DNA of 64,000 nucleotides from the NCBI GenBank assembly GCA_001464665.1, contig LNDP01000023.1, positions 158,157 through 222,156 of the forward strand, given 5' to 3'. Under the pieces are notes generated by a model. The model searched no databases and was not told the DNA's origin. It saw only the letters and a program-made list of their open reading frames with translations. Positions 60,799 to 64,000 of this stretch are shown here, piece after piece. Every line of letters begins with the position of its first letter. Within the stretch, counting starts at the first letter, position 1. Origin of the DNA: Acidobacteria bacterium Ga0074141. Lineage in GTDB: Bacteria > Acidobacteriota > Blastocatellia > Pyrinomonadales > Pyrinomonadaceae. The position numbers and the translations under genes are program-made.

Positions 60799-62286
60799 TT
60801 AGGAATCATTCGCTTGCCGCCAGCGGCTGATGCCGGTTTGACTAGCGGCGGGTTTGGGTACGGTGTTTGTCGATGCGTAAGACAGAGCGGCGGCAAGTGC
60901 GGCAAGGTCGCTCTCGGCCTGATCCGGTTCGGGCTTTTTGCGTCGTTCATTGAAGCGGCCGATGAAGCCTGTATCGAGATCTCCGCTGATGAACTCCTCG
61001 TCCTCCATCACCTCGCGAAAGAACGGCAGCGTCGTCTTAATACCTGCCACCTCATATTCCCGCAGGGCACGCCGCATCCGGTCGATCGCCTCTCTGCGGT
61101 CGCGGCCGAAGGCACAAAACTTCGAGATCATCGGGTCATAGTGGATCGAGACCTCGCCGCCCTCATAAACTCCGCCGTCATCGCGGATGCCCGGCCCGCT
61201 CGGCACCCGCAGCCGCTTTATCACACCTGGCGAGGGCATAAAGTTCGTCTCCGGGTCTTCGGCATAGATGCGGCACTCAATCGCGTGCCCGCGAAGCTGG
61301 ACGTCCTCCTGCCCGATCGAGAGCGGATACCCTGCCGCAACCCGTATCTGCTCGCGGACGAGGTCTATGCCCGTTACAAGCTCCGTTACGGGGTGCTCTA
61401 CTTGGAGCCGCGTGTTCATCTCAAGGAAATAGAACGAACGGTCAACGTCCGAGACCAGAAACTCGACCGTCCCGGCCCCGACGTAGTTGACCGCCCGGGC
61501 GACCATCACGGCACATTCGCCCATTTGCTGTCTCAGCTCGGCCGAATTGATCGGCGACGGAGCTTCCTCGATGACCTTCTGGTGCCGCCGCTGTATCGAG
61601 CACTCGCGTTCGCCGAGGTAGATATGATTGCCGTGCGTGTCCGAAAAGACCTGTATCTCGATGTGCCGAGGCCGGACGACCGCTTTCTCTACAAAGACCG
61701 ACTCATCGCCAAAGCTGGCCATCGCCTCGCTCCGGGCCGCGTCAAGCGCCGAGCCAAGCTCGACTTCGTCCGCGACCAACCGCATTCCCTTTCCGCCGCC
61801 GCCGGCCGAGGCCTTGAGCATTACGGGAAAGCCGATCGCCTTTGCTATCTCTATCGCCCGTTCGTGGCTTGCGACCGGCTCATTCGTCCCCGGCACGACC
61901 GGAACTCCGGCCTCGGTCGCAATTATCCGGGCAAAGATCTTGCCGCCCATCGCCTCCATCGCCTCCGGCGGCGGCCCGATGTATGTCAGCCCGGCGGTAG
62001 TCACCTGCCTTACGAACGCGGCATTTTCCGACAGAAACCCGTAGCCGGGATGGATCGCTTCGGCGCCCGAACGTCGGGCCGCATCAATGATCTTGTCGCC
62101 GCGAAGATAGCTCTCCGCCGAGGCCGCCGGGCCGATGTGATACGCCTCGTCCGCCATCCGTACGTGGAGTGCGTCGCGGTCCGGCTCGGAATACACCGCG
62201 ACCGTGCCGATTCCCATCTCTCGGCAGGCACGCATCACCCGGCAGGCGATCTCTCCGCGGTTTGCGATCAGGATCTTTTTGAACAT
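60799..62286 (-). CDS. accC: biotin carboxylase (acetyl-CoA carboxylase subunit AccC type)
   Basis: MFKKILIANRGEIA, an ATP-grasp GGGGKGMR, and EMNTRLQVEHPVTE. It has a C-terminal extension of about 45 aa. The internal ATG is used as the start. Confidence 0.92.
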   Translation of the reverse strand: MFKKILIANRGEIACRVMRACREMGIGTVAVYSEPDRDALHVRMADEAYHIGPAASAESYLRGDKIIDAARRSGAEAIHPGYGFLSENAAFVRQVTTAGLTYIGPPPEAMEAMGGKIFARIIATEAGVPVVPGTNEPVASHERAIEIAKAIGFPVMLKASAGGGGKGMRLVADEVELGSALDAARSEAMASFGDESVFVEKAVVRPRHIEIQVFSDTHGNHIYLGERECSIQRRHQKVIEEAPSPINSAELRQQMGECAVMVARAVNYVGAGTVEFLVSDVDRSFYFLEMNTRLQVEHPVTELVTGIDLVREQIRVAAGYPLSIGQEDVQLRGHAIECRIYAEDPETNFMPSPGVIKRLRVPSGPGIRDDGGVYEGGEVSIHYDPMISKFCAFGRDRREAIDRMRRALREYEVAGIKTTLPFFREVMEDEEFISGDLDTGFIGRFNERRKKPEPDQAESDLAALAAALSYASTNTVPKPAASQTGISRWRQANDS

Positions 62287-62404
62287 ATAAAGTGCGTCAG
62301 TCCTAGCGTTGACCCGTCTTATCCTCTTTTGCATAGCCCCAGGATCATACTAATCTCAAGGCCATATATTCGATGAGAACCCCGCTCGGAAACGAGAAAT
62401 GCTG

Positions 62405-63565
62405 CTATCCGAGTTCGATCTCAGTCGTGATGAATGAGCGTAACTCCCGATAGTCGATGTCGTCTGGCTTCATCTCGATCGCGGCGTCAATGTCGTTTAA
62501 GGCCGCCATAAAATCCGGGACAGTACATAAAACGCGGGCTCTTTCGTAATAGGCCTCAGGCTCGCCATCATCCAACTCGATCGACCTACCGAGGTCGTTC
62601 AATGCTTCCTGATATTTCTCTAATTCGATCCGGCACTGGGCACGGTAAAGGTATACTTCGGCATTCGTCGTAACGCGTTCTAGGTAGCTTGAATAATCGA
62701 GCTCCGCTAATTCGTAATTCTCAAAGTTATGGTGAACACAACCTCTGTTCAAATAGCTGGAGTAATGTTCGGAATCCATTGAAATCGCTCGGTCAAATTC
62801 AACAAGAGCTTCTGGGAACCTATTGAGTTGATAGAAACAGTGTCCGCGAATGTCGTGAAAGGCCGCATCGGCTTCATCGATTCGAAGGGCTTTTTCAATT
62901 AGTTCTAAAGCTTCCTCGGGCTTCTCATCCTCAATGAGCCCGCATGCTTGAGCGTGCAACTCCTCCGTGTATTCCAATTCCGGGTTCGTTTCGAACTTGC
63001 CGAATTTCCGAGATTCCTCGGGTTTGAGAAACTCCGGTAGTGTCTCCCAGTCGTCAGCGAGTAGCGACTCGGGACCATATTTCACGACAAGTTCGGTCAG
63101 CTCGGAAAAAAGATTCGCACTCGCTGGAACAACTATTCCCTTTGACGACAGTCTCAGAAGCAACACATCCGTTAAACAAAAAACAATAGACGTGATCTTC
63201 TCCTGTTCCAGCCCGACCGAGTCGAGCGTCTTTAGTCTTAGGTACAGTTTTCTTCTTACAGCTCGATGTCTAAAGAGCTCACGTATGAAGCTTATCGCCT
63301 GCCTATGATCCGCGGATTCAAGATATACCTCGGCCGCCCATGCTCGCAGGCCCTCAACCGTTCGCCCTAAGAGCCGACTTGTGCTCCGGTTATCGATCCA
63401 TTTAGAGGGCTCGTTGGCATCCTTTCGTTCCTTTGCCTCCAACGCTGGCTTAATGTCTTTCGCATAGTGCCAAAGAACGCTGTTCCTGAATTTTTCAAGT
63501 TCAGAATCATCCATATCTGTCCTCGCCCACTCGGACTCAAGAAAAGCACGCTCCGATCCGGACAT
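62405..63565 (-). CDS. TPR repeat protein with unknown N-terminal domain
   Basis: 386 aa. The C-terminal half has 4-5 TPR units (A...F..AI..D......Y..RG). The N-terminal roughly 200 aa is unrecognised. Low GC. Confidence 0.7.
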   Translation of the reverse strand: MSGSERAFLESEWARTDMDDSELEKFRNSVLWHYAKDIKPALEAKERKDANEPSKWIDNRSTSRLLGRTVEGLRAWAAEVYLESADHRQAISFIRELFRHRAVRRKLYLRLKTLDSVGLEQEKITSIVFCLTDVLLLRLSSKGIVVPASANLFSELTELVVKYGPESLLADDWETLPEFLKPEESRKFGKFETNPELEYTEELHAQACGLIEDEKPEEALELIEKALRIDEADAAFHDIRGHCFYQLNRFPEALVEFDRAISMDSEHYSSYLNRGCVHHNFENYELAELDYSSYLERVTTNAEVYLYRAQCRIELEKYQEALNDLGRSIELDDGEPEAYYERARVLCTVPDFMAALNDIDAAIEMKPDDIDYRELRSFITTEIELG

Positions 63566-63846
63566 TAATCGAGCATCGAATTTCCCTGATTTCTTGGGTC
63601 GTAGCGGACGCCGATCTTGGCACCGGGGGCATATTTAAGCGGGTCGGCCTGTTGTTCTTCTGTAAGGAGTTCGGACGATTCAAAATCCACGCCGTTTAGC
63701 GTGTACATGTAGATAACGACCTCCCCGGCCGCGGTCTGCTCGCTGTCGAGTATTCGCCCATCGGTGATCCGGCCGTGCTCGCTCAGGAAGCGGCGCCGTT
63801 CTGCCTCAAGGTCTGTCTTCTTTTTCTTCTTAAGAAATCCGAACAT
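63565..63846 (-). CDS. small hypothetical protein (DUF3592-like beta domain without TM)
   Basis: 93 aa. The pattern G.I........V.Y.Y..NG..F.......G..I.VRYDP resembles DUF3592. The stop shares 1 nt with the start of the TPR gene. Confidence 0.5.
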   Translation of the reverse strand: MFGFLKKKKKTDLEAERRRFLSEHGRITDGRILDSEQTAAGEVVIYMYTLNGVDFESSELLTEEQQADPLKYAPGAKIGVRYDPRNQGNSMLD

Positions 63847-63852
63847 TATTCC

Positions 63853-64000
63853 CTAATCTACGATCAGCGGAGGCTTGCCCCACCTTGCTCTGATCTTATT
63901 TATCGCCGCGAGCACGGCCGGGCGTTTGATTATTCTTGCCTCGAGCGGCCGCTTGCCCGGAATATCGAGCATTATCAGCCCAAGCAAGATCGTCAGAACT
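63853..64000 (-). CDS. C-terminal fragment of a protein continuing beyond the window (PGPGW-like?)
   Basis: The minus-strand frame is open from the window edge to the TAG at 63853..63855. It reads VLTILLGLIMLDIPGKRPLEARIIKRPAVLAAINKIRARWGKPPLIVD. It is not in the ORF track because its start lies outside the window. Confidence 0.4.
   Translation of the reverse strand, partial: VLTILLGLIMLDIPGKRPLEARIIKRPAVLAAINKIRARWGKPPLIVD

Overview
This is a 64-kb chromosomal segment from a moderately GC-rich bacterium. The gene content (CRTAC1/ASPIC, DUF1800-DUF1501, many CarboxypepD_reg-type domains, TPR proteins) suggests an Acidobacteriota-like organism, but that is inference only. I can support about 59 protein-coding genes. 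Most are housekeeping: gyrA, rpsA followed by an HU/IHF gene, fabI, recQ, hflX, pilT, accC, meaB plus methylmalonyl-CoA epimerase, mtnP, apbC, erpA, ygfZ, malic enzyme and an OmpR/HisKA two-component pair. I could not support any rRNA, tRNA, CRISPR array, transposase or integrase.

The features that ordinary annotation does not explain are:
1. A family of 35-40 nt hairpin (REP-like) repeats in two subfamilies that differ by compensatory stem changes. The copies cluster around an orphan gene at 9.9-11.0 kb. One copy lies in-frame inside an MBL-fold hydrolase gene, and a possibly related double hairpin lies in-frame inside a YpdA-like flavoprotein gene.
2. A 217-nt fabI-LOG intergenic region built almost entirely from a 9-nt unit (GACTTCCTA) arranged as two inverted tandem arrays.
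3. A lower-GC cluster at 56.4-60.7 kb encoding an S8 protease and two paralogous secreted proteins of unknown family. All three end in the same roughly 85-aa CarboxypepD_reg-like module, which also ends a CSLREA/beta-helix protein at 41.6 kb.
4. Tandem di-PilZ paralogs convergent with a Ser/Thr kinase.
5. Several small clusters of unknown function: an ankyrin islet, a TPR/DUF3592-like/PGPGW-like operon, and a DUF1800-DUF1501 pair.

All calls rest on reading the supplied translations and the DNA by eye. No database search was run.
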